Below are positions 9,936-17,942 of a stretch of DNA of 64,000 nucleotides, piece after piece. Source of the stretch: a virus. Under the pieces are notes generated by a model. The model did no database searches, was not told the origin of the DNA, and worked only from the letters and a program-made list of their open reading frames with translations. A program made the translations under genes and the position numbers. Where the stretch lies: IMG/VR virus record IMGVR_UViG_3300045988_179183. The stretch is one strand, 5' to 3'. Within the stretch, counting starts at the first letter, position 1, and each line of letters starts with the position of its first letter.

Positions 9936-9957
9936 ATTTTAAATATAATGGGAACCC

Positions 9958-9975
9958 TTTTACGGGGCCCCGTAA
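9958..9975. other. Perfect 18-bp palindrome TTTACGGGGCCCCGTAAA in the gap upstream of dnaE
   Basis: Read directly from the sequence. It lies between the stop at 9984 and the dnaE start at 9935. No clear U-run follows on the minus strand, so it could be an operator or a weak terminator. Confidence 0.4.
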
Positions 9976-9983
9976 ATTCAAAT

Positions 9984-10580
9984 TTATATCTCGCCCTGGC
10001 TGGAATCACAACTCGATGCCTCAATTGCCTTAACACACTTGTAAATATACACGTTGCTTTTTCCAAGAATGGTTGCTATTTCAGCTTTTTTCTTTCCCTC
10101 AGAGAGAAGTTGTTTGATTTGAGGTAATAGTGGGTTACTGAGAGAGATCACACCGTTTCTCTTCCCGGTCACTGACTGTTTCTTCGCCTTCTTCTCAGCC
10201 GGTTTTTCATCCACACTTTTATCCGTTTCAACTGTGTGCTTCCTGAAATCATCCGGGTTGAAATTTTCACGGAATGAAAGGATCGCATCCAACTCACTCT
10301 CTTCAAGATCCTTCATATCGCGATCATCAACAATCGCGTCAACCCTGGCGTATAAATCGCATGCGCCAAACGCCGCCAGTTGATCGTAAAATTCGGTTGC
10401 CTGATCGCACTTGCTCTTTACATCCTGACCCAGTTGATCCGCAACCGAATTCTTTCGAGCCTCATATTCTTCCAATGTCTCAACTAATTTTAAATTAGAC
10501 ATTGTGATATAATTTTTAATTCCACGAATTGATGCTTCTTTACGAAGTTCCTCACGGGTCATTTCACTAAACTTTTTCAT
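9984..10580 (-). CDS. Hypothetical DNA-binding protein (N-terminal HeH/Rho-N-like motif, C-terminal HTH-like segment)
   Basis: TREELRKEASIRGIKNY..LKLVETL resembles SAP/HeH motifs. KKAEIATILGKSNVYIYKCVK looks like an HTH. It is preceded by the conserved promoter motif. Confidence 0.4.
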   Translation of the reverse strand: MKKFSEMTREELRKEASIRGIKNYITMSNLKLVETLEEYEARKNSVADQLGQDVKSKCDQATEFYDQLAAFGACDLYARVDAIVDDRDMKDLEESELDAILSFRENFNPDDFRKHTVETDKSVDEKPAEKKAKKQSVTGKRNGVISLSNPLLPQIKQLLSEGKKKAEIATILGKSNVYIYKCVKAIEASSCDSSQGEI

Positions 10581-10624
10581 AATCTCTTGTTTTTAAGTTG
10601 TTACTGTTTCATTGTTTCAATGTC

Positions 10625-10644
10625 TAAAGATACACAATGTTTAT
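10625..10644 (-). promoter_or_regulatory. Conserved promoter-like motif, copy 1 (plus strand TAAAGATACACAATGTTTAT)
   Basis: One of four near-identical intergenic copies. On the coding strand it reads ATAAACATTGTGTATCTTTA, which contains TATCTTTA and resembles the Bacteroidota -7 box TAnnTTTG. It lies 45 nt upstream of the ATG at 10580. Confidence 0.5.
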
Positions 10645-11448
10645 TTATTTACCAACGAATCCAGCAAAAAATCGGTACTTTTCAATATTAAATTTTATGT
10701 CATTCCATTGAGATTGTTGTACATCGATACCCACCATCTTATGAAGCATCACGGGAATTTTTTCTTCAAGTCCGCTATCCGTATATCTTACACCGTGTAA
10801 ACCATGAATAACTGGATTAGATGTATCGATACTTCTGATAAAGTGATACTTATCCTCGTTATATTGGCAAACTTCTTGCGGTAATACTGTGCCCAGTAAA
10901 TGCAACGGCTTTTCACAATCCATAACACCGTGATTGATGAGCTGGTCAATGAACATTTTTCTTCCTCTACAATATGCCTTCGATGTATTCTCATCAGCCG
11001 CGAGACTTAAATAAATGGGTAAGTTGAAAGGTAGCGCAACCATATCACAGCATTCGACCATGCATTTATAGCATTCGACAAGTTCATTCCAACTTATCCC
11101 CTGAACAACACCGATTGAATAGCTGCACGATATTTTCTCCCACGTTCTCGCCATTCTCATCGTTTCTTTCGCATTTCTCAAAACATCGGGTAAAACGTAA
11201 TAAGTTGGCTTCAGTGCCTTAATCCATGAACGAAATCTATTTGCGTCAAATGCCGACCCCAATTCGAACACTGAATTGTCAAGAATTACCTCGCGTCCCT
11301 TGTTAACAAGCGCATCCATGAAAAATTCGAAATAATCGCCACCTATATCGGGATCTTCAAACAAGTGAACAAGTGCGTAATCATAATCAGTCATCGATTG
11401 AACCTTGTTCATAATCGATAACGGTGCTTCATGCGCTATCTTAATCAT
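10645..11448 (-). CDS. Divergent TGT-fold (tRNA-guanine transglycosylase/DpdA-like) TIM-barrel protein; second paralogue
   Basis: Motifs occur in the TGT order: ILDNSVFE (cf. DSGGFQ), VLPDV (cf. LDEC), GVVQG (cf. IVQG), PLHLLG (cf. YLMGVG), SIDTSNP (cf. GIDMFDCV). It is adjacent to queC. Confidence 0.45.
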   Translation of the reverse strand: MIKIAHEAPLSIMNKVQSMTDYDYALVHLFEDPDIGGDYFEFFMDALVNKGREVILDNSVFELGSAFDANRFRSWIKALKPTYYVLPDVLRNAKETMRMARTWEKISCSYSIGVVQGISWNELVECYKCMVECCDMVALPFNLPIYLSLAADENTSKAYCRGRKMFIDQLINHGVMDCEKPLHLLGTVLPQEVCQYNEDKYHFIRSIDTSNPVIHGLHGVRYTDSGLEEKIPVMLHKMVGIDVQQSQWNDIKFNIEKYRFFAGFVGK

Positions 11449-13171
11449 TGTGTTGATATTTTATGGGATCCGTCATTCCGTTTAATTCAAACGCTTCGAG
11501 CCGCTCGGTACAATTATGCACCAAATATCCCTCACAAATAAATGAACCAGCACTAGTCTTAATATCATATACATGTGCCTCCTTAACTGGTTCATCTATT
11601 TTATTTACCACCACTTGGTCTAAAAGCCTTATTGAATTATATGTGCCTAACTTTTCAAGCATCGACGCACGTTTTCCCGCACCGTACTTTAATGTAATTA
11701 TGTACGGTCTTGTTACTCTCCAAGTTTGCATAAGGGTACCGCCCTCTTTAAAACCGGGCGTAACGGATTGCGACCTGTCACACTTAATCCCCAACAATGA
11801 TAATGCTTTATCGATTTGAATACACTTTTCTTTATTCACAATCACTGCTTGGCTTATAGAAAAACCGAATGATCCATTTGATTTATTATGACAAGCACAC
11901 CCATCAGCTATCAACATTCCGTTTAAATACCCGCGCAAATACTCAGGGTGTTCATTAAATTTTGTCTTCTCAAGAAACACAGGACCATAACCGCCACCAG
12001 CACGGTGCATGTTGGTATCCTCCCTGTAAGTGATTTTTACATCACATGGCTTGATATATTTATCATAAAGAGACCAAAATTCTTCCAATACATCGAACTC
12101 CTTTTGAAATGTATGAACACCCCGTGTGTCAATGGATCCATCACCATCAGCAAATCCACGTAAATAACCCAGGGCGAATTTTTCATCATCAACCTCTTTT
12201 CTTGTATTTGATACTGGCCAAAATTTCACCATATAAGTAGCATCCTTTCTCTTCATCTCCTCGTACTTTCTATATCTTGGCCTTAACTTCATATTTGAAG
12301 CATACACATAATGATCCTTCGTTAAAAGAAGACCCGCCATATCATATACCGGTTGAATACCATTATCAAACTTATCCAATACCTTCGCCACACAAATTTT
12401 CTTCGTGTTTTCATCCACGGACCACACTTCGTCTCCAATACAAATATCCTTAATTTGCTTCCATGTATTATCACTCATCAGTACTTTCTGCGATTCTTCT
12501 ATACACGACCCACACCTTCCACACGATCTTCCTTCTGGATCGGGATTATAGCACGTGTGAGTGTTACCCAGAACCAAATTAATTTCATAATCATTGAACC
12601 CGAGGATCGTCATCGCACGTAACCCTTCGGCAAGTACACCGCCCTTATCCATGTGATTGAACGGAGCTTCGTATCCCACTCTTTCACTACCCCAATTCGA
12701 TACTTTAAACGCGTGCTCACAAGCGATTCGAGATTCCTCGGATGTATCAGGATAACAGCAATGATCGCCGCTATGTAGGCCTAAAAACACATCAACATTA
12801 CTCTCCGTTTTATTCGCCCATGAAAGTGCCTTCCCATAAATGATAGCGGAAAAGATCACGTTTCTATTTTCAATAACCGTTGATTTCATATTTTCGGACG
12901 CGTAATGACCTTCCGGTATAGGTTCACCACCTACATGAAGGGACGAATTACTGTCACTGAAACAATCCCTCAGATCGATAATCTGGTGTGATAACTTAAA
13001 CCTCTTACCTTGCAAGAACTCAATATTTCTTTTCACCTTCTCCAATTCAACCTGATGCTTCTGACCGTATTGAAAAGAATAAGCCTTAACTTCGTAATCA
13101 TGAGCAAGTAAATACATGAGCAAGCACGTACTATCCAATCCGCCCGATAAACTTAAAATCGCCTTTTTCAT
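11441..13171 (-). CDS. queC: 7-cyano-7-deazaguanine (preQ0) synthase QueC interrupted by an intein (576-aa precursor, 245-aa mature)
   Basis: PP-loop MKKAILSLSGGLDSTC. The C-terminal Cys cluster SCGRCGS-[intein]-CTERLEAF rebuilds the QueC CxxCxxC..R motif. I prefer the start at 13171 (2 nt after the upstream stop) over the longer ORF start at 13228. Confidence 0.85.
   Translation of the reverse strand: MKKAILSLSGGLDSTCLLMYLLAHDYEVKAYSFQYGQKHQVELEKVKRNIEFLQGKRFKLSHQIIDLRDCFSDSNSSLHVGGEPIPEGHYASENMKSTVIENRNVIFSAIIYGKALSWANKTESNVDVFLGLHSGDHCCYPDTSEESRIACEHAFKVSNWGSERVGYEAPFNHMDKGGVLAEGLRAMTILGFNDYEINLVLGNTHTCYNPDPEGRSCGRCGSCIEESQKVLMSDNTWKQIKDICIGDEVWSVDENTKKICVAKVLDKFDNGIQPVYDMAGLLLTKDHYVYASNMKLRPRYRKYEEMKRKDATYMVKFWPVSNTRKEVDDEKFALGYLRGFADGDGSIDTRGVHTFQKEFDVLEEFWSLYDKYIKPCDVKITYREDTNMHRAGGGYGPVFLEKTKFNEHPEYLRGYLNGMLIADGCACHNKSNGSFGFSISQAVIVNKEKCIQIDKALSLLGIKCDRSQSVTPGFKEGGTLMQTWRVTRPYIITLKYGAGKRASMLEKLGTYNSIRLLDQVVVNKIDEPVKEAHVYDIKTSAGSFICEGYLVHNCTERLEAFELNGMTDPIKYQHND
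11513..12505 (-). mobile_element. Intein in QueC (331 aa), class-1-like, with a LAGLIDADG endonuclease
   Basis: Codon-checked boundaries: GS|CIEESQKVLM at the start and EGYLVHN|CTER at the end. Block B is LLLTKDHYVYA. LAGLIDADG motifs are LGYLRGFADGDGSI and LRGYLNGMLIADGCA. Block F is HVYDIKTSAGSFI. Confidence 0.85.
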
Positions 13172-13172
13172 T

Positions 13173-13757
13173 TTATAATCTGTAATTAAATTCCATAATA
13201 TCCAATACCTGGGAAACTCTTTCGTCAATACTTCCGCTCACATAGTGTATCCCTCGTGGTGCGAAGTCTTGTAACATACGCGCGTTTTTCTCAAATAAAC
13301 GATCGATTTCCTTTTGAAATACTTCATCAGTTGACCGAACTCCGTCGTCCACGATTTTAAACTCCGGCCTCAGTACAATGTGATGGCTGTAAAGGGGCTC
13401 TATATGAAATAGAAGTTGGGTGACCGTGTCAACCATTTCATCCCAGAGAGGCCTATCCTCGCTCGATGACCTGTCCCGGTTATACTCCGTGTAGCATAGA
13501 ACATCTAATAAACATCTATCGGAAATAATATGATCATGCGCTGACATCGCTGACTCGATAATTTCTTTCACATACGAAGTTGCGATCCAAAGTTGATCAT
13601 AAATACCCGCTTCCTTATTAATCTTTATGCCGCGATCATTACCTTTCCTTGAAGGAGATCCCATAAAGAGAGATCCCTTCAAACACTCCTCCTTTTTCAA
13701 CGCCTCAATTAACGTTGTCTTACCTGTGCATTGAGCACCTGAAATTGATATAATCAT
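13173..13757 (-). CDS. P-loop NTPase, NadR/AAA_28-like putative nucleoside or nucleotide kinase
   Basis: Walker A ISGAQCTGKTTL. Kinase-like segments SDRCLLDVLCY and VDDGVRSTDEVFQ resemble the NadR ribosylnicotinamide-kinase domain. Confidence 0.45.
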   Translation of the reverse strand: MIISISGAQCTGKTTLIEALKKEECLKGSLFMGSPSRKGNDRGIKINKEAGIYDQLWIATSYVKEIIESAMSAHDHIISDRCLLDVLCYTEYNRDRSSSEDRPLWDEMVDTVTQLLFHIEPLYSHHIVLRPEFKIVDDGVRSTDEVFQKEIDRLFEKNARMLQDFAPRGIHYVSGSIDERVSQVLDIMEFNYRL

Positions 13758-13786
13758 TTTTAAACAATTAATTTATTTCTAACACC

Positions 13787-13807
13787 ATAAAGATACACAA
13801 AGTGTAT
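13787..13807 (-). promoter_or_regulatory. Conserved promoter-like motif, copy 2 (ATAAAGATACACAAAGTGTAT, preceded by AACACC)
   Basis: Intergenic, about 31 nt upstream of the ATG at 13757. It shares AACACCATAAAGATACACAA with copy 3. Confidence 0.5.
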
Positions 13808-13814
13808 CGAATTA

Positions 13815-13845
13815 TCAACAAAAACAGAGATTATTTTCTCTGTTT
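13815..13845 (-). terminator. Hairpin plus U-run, putative intrinsic terminator after the dCTP-deaminase-fold gene
   Basis: The minus strand reads AAACAGAG-aaaataat-CTCTGTTT followed by TTGTTG. The stem overlaps the stop codon at 13831. Confidence 0.4.
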
Positions 13846-14331
13846 GTCGTTTTGATATTGGCCGTTATATAAATCTTCCTCGTTTACATCCGTGCAATCA
13901 TAACAGTAGAACTGGGCCACGCGGGCGTTCTTCTCGATCGTGATTGTGTGAAACACTTCCATGAACGTACCCATCGAATCAGTGTGAAAACCCGCGTCGA
14001 AAATCGATGAATAAATCCAAGCACCGCACCGGGCAACTGAACTTCGCTGTACTATCCGACCCATTTTGTTTTTGGGTATGTTACAACCTTCAATGAAATC
14101 AACCATGTAATACCCCGGAGGTAGATGCCAAACTTCGTTTCCATTTATATCAGGAAAACATCGAACTTCTTCGTATGAGGGTAACATTGTTTTGCCCTCG
14201 CGGGGTATGAATCCATGACCTTTCACAACACTTACCTTTCTCAACCGAATATCACATCCGTGCTGGGTTAGATTCTCTTCTAAATGATTAACGATAACAC
14301 CTTCTCCGTGTAATTCCTTTCCGTTTAACAT
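13831..14331 (-). CDS. dCTP deaminase/dUTPase-fold protein
   Basis: GRIVQRSSVARCGAWI...FDAGFHTDSMGTFMEV...ARVAQF matches the dCTP-deaminase family pattern (grSS.aR.G, dPGf.G..tlEl, aQl). Confidence 0.6.
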   Translation of the reverse strand: MLNGKELHGEGVIVNHLEENLTQHGCDIRLRKVSVVKGHGFIPREGKTMLPSYEEVRCFPDINGNEVWHLPPGYYMVDFIEGCNIPKNKMGRIVQRSSVARCGAWIYSSIFDAGFHTDSMGTFMEVFHTITIEKNARVAQFYCYDCTDVNEEDLYNGQYQNDKQRK

Positions 14332-14355
14332 AATCTCTAATTTATTAAAATTTAA

Positions 14356-15252
14356 CTATTCAATTATTTCATCATTCTGTTTTTCATACAAGAACTCTCT
14401 CGCTCTCGCGTCAGCGAACGCGTACAAAACTATATCTCGACTCAGATAATGATACGGTATCCTGCCAGATAGATCGGGGCCGGCACTCCCATACGCATCT
14501 TGCCCCGGTACGAGGGTTCCCTCTGCCACTTTCTTCAAAAAATTATTACGTGCCTTCTCAATATTGATGGCGTACCTGAAAATAGAGAAATCGACCGAAT
14601 CCGGCATGACAAACCGGGTTGTTTCAACGTTTGAACATCCCAGGAGATGAACGTATTTCCCTTTATCGCGAGCGTACTTCATCATCTTTCCCAGTTCATC
14701 CCTGTACACATGCCATTCCCTACCCTGAGCCAGACCTCCTATCGAAAGGATGGGGTAGAGGGGCGAGTCACAGAGATCCTTCCAGTATTGAAAACCCTGA
14801 TGCATTTTAAATACCGGTGCGGGATAGTACCCTGTTATTTCCTTGATCTCGTCTCTCAGATAATTTTTAGGTGATAACAGGTTATCATCTTTTCTAAAAT
14901 ACTCGTTATCAAGTTCAAAACACATTTTAAACGGATACATTTTAAGAAACCGAAGAAACTTTTTCTTCATTTTCTCGCATTCATTCCAAAAATCAGGGTT
15001 GTTTTCACCCAGTTTCTTCTGTTTTTTGAATAATGTGAAACCACCGGAATCCAACCATATTCGATCGCCTCCAACAACGGTTTGAATAAATTTAATATAC
15101 CCGGCGGTCATATCAACGGTTGAAATTAGATAGTCGTTATCATGTGCAAGCAAAAGTTTTTCCAAGACCTTATCGGACCTACAACTACACACCAGACCAC
15201 CACCCAATCCCATCACAAGCCTTTTTTTAGGTTTTTCAAACATATCAATCAA
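14356..15252 (-). CDS. dpdA: DpdA-like DNA (7-deazaguanine) transglycosylase, TGT family
   Basis: TGT motifs: WLDSGGFTLF, FELDNEY, LSIGGLAQG, YVHLLGCS, PDSVDFSIF. It is embedded among the preQ0 synthesis genes. An alternative start lies at 15243. Confidence 0.7.
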   Translation of the reverse strand: MIDMFEKPKKRLVMGLGGGLVCSCRSDKVLEKLLLAHDNDYLISTVDMTAGYIKFIQTVVGGDRIWLDSGGFTLFKKQKKLGENNPDFWNECEKMKKKFLRFLKMYPFKMCFELDNEYFRKDDNLLSPKNYLRDEIKEITGYYPAPVFKMHQGFQYWKDLCDSPLYPILSIGGLAQGREWHVYRDELGKMMKYARDKGKYVHLLGCSNVETTRFVMPDSVDFSIFRYAINIEKARNNFLKKVAEGTLVPGQDAYGSAGPDLSGRIPYHYLSRDIVLYAFADARAREFLYEKQNDEIIE

Positions 15253-15682
15253 TACCAGCTATTAATTTATCAAGTTCATCTTTGTTATCTTGAAGGGTTG
15301 TGATACCGATTTCTTTCATCGCATCCTTGTTGCCTGATTTTTCAACAAGACGTTGAAGGCCTGTATAATTCCATGAGGAATACTCACCAACTTTATTATC
15401 AGCGACCAAAAAACCAACCTTTTCCTCGTCCGTTAAACCACTAACGACTAAAACATCAAACTCTTCAACGCCAAGTAGCTGTAACGCTTTGAATCTCGTG
15501 TTTCCCGCAAGTATCGTTCCTTCTTCATCAACAACAATAGGATTGATATATCCATATTCTTGGATGCTTTTTGCAACAATTTTCGCGGATTTCGAATTTT
15601 TTCGAGGATTCAATGGGTGGCAGCGTATGTCACCCACGCTCACCCATTTAATTTCCTTCCGTATTTTCTTTATCGCCGACAT
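15245..15682 (-). CDS. ParB N-terminal-domain (ParB/Srx-like) protein, possible DpdB analogue
   Basis: VSVGDIRCHPLNPRKNS...IQEYGYINPIVVDEEGTILAGNTRFKALQLLG is a typical ParB-like nuclease/NTPase domain with a GxxR box. Its stop overlaps the dpdA-like start by 8 nt. Confidence 0.65.
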   Translation of the reverse strand: MSAIKKIRKEIKWVSVGDIRCHPLNPRKNSKSAKIVAKSIQEYGYINPIVVDEEGTILAGNTRFKALQLLGVEEFDVLVVSGLTDEEKVGFLVADNKVGEYSSWNYTGLQRLVEKSGNKDAMKEIGITTLQDNKDELDKLIAGID

Positions 15683-15685
15683 ATT

Positions 15686-16327
15686 TTATTTTCTCCCGAG
15701 TTTATAAATCTGTATCGCTCTTAAAAACTCATCTCGGCTATTCATCTCATTTGTTAAAAACGCCCCCGAACAATAGTGGGTTGTCATCGTACTATTATCT
15801 TCCGCGCCCCGCATACTCACGCACATATGTTCCGCCTCAATATAAACTGCGATACCCAGCACTGTGTCGCCGAATATGTTAACCAAATAATCATGAATCT
15901 GACGAGTTAATTGTTCTTGTAATTGAGGCCGTTTGGCGAACCAGTGAACTATTCTGTTTAGTTTCGAAAGACCAATAACTTGGCCACTTTCCTTGCTGAT
16001 ATACGCCAAACTACAGAATCCTGTGAACGGAAGTAAATGGTGTGAACACAATGAATTCACCTCGATCCCATGTTCAATTACCATACCTGAGTATCCTGAA
16101 CTTGGGAATACCGCCAATTTCGGAGGTGCAGAATACGCACCTGACGTGATTTCATTGACAAACATTTTCGCAACCCTGTACGGTGTTTTTATCATGTTAG
16201 GGTCATTCTTCCAATCATACCCCAGGGCCTCCAAGAACTTACCGTACGCCTCGGTGGCCCTTGCCAACATCTCGTTTCTATCATCATCGGAAAGAACGAC
16301 GTTCCCTCCTGCCATTATTTTTTTCAT
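15686..16327 (-). CDS. folE: GTP cyclohydrolase I (FolE)
   Basis: Active-site motifs SLCSHHLLPF and EAEHMCVSMRG, plus QERLT-like QEQLTRQI. Confidence 0.9.
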   Translation of the reverse strand: MKKIMAGGNVVLSDDDRNEMLARATEAYGKFLEALGYDWKNDPNMIKTPYRVAKMFVNEITSGAYSAPPKLAVFPSSGYSGMVIEHGIEVNSLCSHHLLPFTGFCSLAYISKESGQVIGLSKLNRIVHWFAKRPQLQEQLTRQIHDYLVNIFGDTVLGIAVYIEAEHMCVSMRGAEDNSTMTTHYCSGAFLTNEMNSRDEFLRAIQIYKLGRK

Positions 16328-16352
16328 ATTTCGTGTTTTATCTCGTTTTTAA

Positions 16353-17117
16353 CTAAGCATCTCTCTTATCTCCGAAGATTATTATATGTAAGCGGTCAGA
16401 GTAGAAGTAGCCCAAATCTATACATCTCTGTGCCAACCATTTTCTTTTCTCTGCCAGTTTCTCCTCGGTATCCCCCTCCGGCATCAGATAGACTATTACA
16501 GGCCAGAAGGGGTCCAGTTTAGATACCTCCTTCTTAATTTTCCGAACTTGTCTCTCGACTTCCTTTATATCATCCTCCGAGGACACCACATATTTCAACT
16601 GCGAGAATTTCGATTCCATGATCCATGACACTATAGCGGGGATATTCTCCCTCGTTTTCGCGTGTTTCTCCGCGAATTCGCCCGAACTCGGAATTGAACT
16701 CTTCAATTTAGGTGAGATTGATACGACGTCTACGTACGTATCCTCATCCAGTACATCACCTCTCGCGATGGTTCCGTTCGTTTCCATGCTCACACTCAAC
16801 TTATGTCTCCGACCTATCTCGATCAACGATCTCAACAATTCGGGATGAAGGGTCGGTTCTCCCCCGGTAATAAGCATGCATTTTATCTGAGGGTTCATGA
16901 TTATGATATCGACGACATCGTTCAATGAATATTTACCCTTTTCCGGGTTCCACGAGCTGTAGGCCGTGTCACATATACTCCCTTTAAAAGTACATCTCAG
17001 GTTACACCCAGATGTTCTTATAAGAATATGGGGGACCCCCACCTTCATACCCTCTCCCTGTATACAGGTGTGCAAATCAATAATCGGTTGAATTTCTGAA
17101 TAATCCATTTTTAACAT
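16353..17117 (-). CDS. queE: 7-carboxy-7-deazaguanine synthase QueE (radical SAM)
   Basis: IQGEGMKVGVPHILIRTSGCNLRCTFKGSICDTAYS, followed by GGEPTLH. The Cys spacing is Cx3Cx6C rather than Cx3Cx2C. Confidence 0.8.
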   Translation of the reverse strand: MLKMDYSEIQPIIDLHTCIQGEGMKVGVPHILIRTSGCNLRCTFKGSICDTAYSSWNPEKGKYSLNDVVDIIIMNPQIKCMLITGGEPTLHPELLRSLIEIGRRHKLSVSMETNGTIARGDVLDEDTYVDVVSISPKLKSSIPSSGEFAEKHAKTRENIPAIVSWIMESKFSQLKYVVSSEDDIKEVERQVRKIKKEVSKLDPFWPVIVYLMPEGDTEEKLAEKRKWLAQRCIDLGYFYSDRLHIIIFGDKRDA

Positions 17118-17344
17118 AAATAAGCGTTATACAATTCTATAAACTCGGCGAGATCCAGTTCTGAGAATCTCCGTTCTTTCGCAATCTCTTTAATAAGATC
17201 AAGTTGATTTTCATAAAGCTCGTCCGCCATCTCACCATACCCGCTCACCCTTAAATCAATCACAGGCAATGAAAGTTCAAATGCCAGACTTTCATCAAAC
17301 CCATAGCGATCAACAAGATCATTTAGTTCCTTTTTCGTTATCAT
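17111..17344 (-). CDS. Hypothetical small acidic protein (77 aa)
   Basis: ORF overlapping both neighbours by a few nt, suggesting translational coupling between queD and queE. Confidence 0.5.
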   Translation of the reverse strand: MITKKELNDLVDRYGFDESLAFELSLPVIDLRVSGYGEMADELYENQLDLIKEIAKERRFSELDLAEFIELYNAYLC

Positions 17345-17916
17345 AACTTCACTTGTAGTTCAACCTTTGGGTTCACGAATTTAATCCCTCGAAAAAGTTT
17401 ATGATAAATCTCAGTTTTTGCCAGTGAAGGGCTAACTTCTATTTCTTCGGGATACATTTCCAAGTATCTATCATAATCATTTCGATCCGATTCGGCATAA
17501 CCAGTATCTGTTTCATGAACTCGCACTGATTGCACAACCACGTTACCCTCACCATTGTTAAATTCTGTTTTTTCCAATATCGATTCAAAACAAGCGAAAA
17601 ACATGGATGAGAGTAATTCAGCGGAGGGATTGCAAGGTAAAATTATCCACCTATCATTCATCGCCTGTATAAAATTTTTGTAAACCTCGTTATCCTTCGC
17701 CCACAATAAATGAGTATGATCGAATAAATCAACGACTTCTTTAAAATTACCAAGAAGACCGAAATCGACGACCATCCCTGCGTTATCCAAACGATCCGAG
17801 GTCAAAAATAACTCAACTTTATAGCTGTGTCCGTGAATTGAATGTGAACATCTGTCCGATGTACAATTTCTCACAATATGGCTTCCCTCAAACTTAAACA
17901 ATTTTCTAATTATCAT
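17341..17916 (-). CDS. queD: 6-carboxy-5,6,7,8-tetrahydropterin synthase QueD (PTPS family), long form
   Basis: FKFEGSHIV..CSHSIHGHSYKVELFL and VRVHETDTGYAE match PTPS/QueD signatures. Confidence 0.8.
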   Translation of the reverse strand: MIIRKLFKFEGSHIVRNCTSDRCSHSIHGHSYKVELFLTSDRLDNAGMVVDFGLLGNFKEVVDLFDHTHLLWAKDNEVYKNFIQAMNDRWIILPCNPSAELLSSMFFACFESILEKTEFNNGEGNVVVQSVRVHETDTGYAESDRNDYDRYLEMYPEEIEVSPSLAKTEIYHKLFRGIKFVNPKVELQVKL

Positions 17917-17942
17917 ACTATCAATATTTTTAAATCAACACC

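Noticed and set aside
13172-13228. Longer N-terminal extensions of several ORFs in the track (queC 13228, helicase 20884, TMP 49488, 41340, 28626)
   Set aside because: The extensions overlap the preceding gene's coding end. Internal ATGs at 13171, 20860, 49440, 41280 and 28578 give tight gene junctions and start at the conserved N-termini (for example MKKAILSLSGGLDS). The evidence is weaker for 28578.
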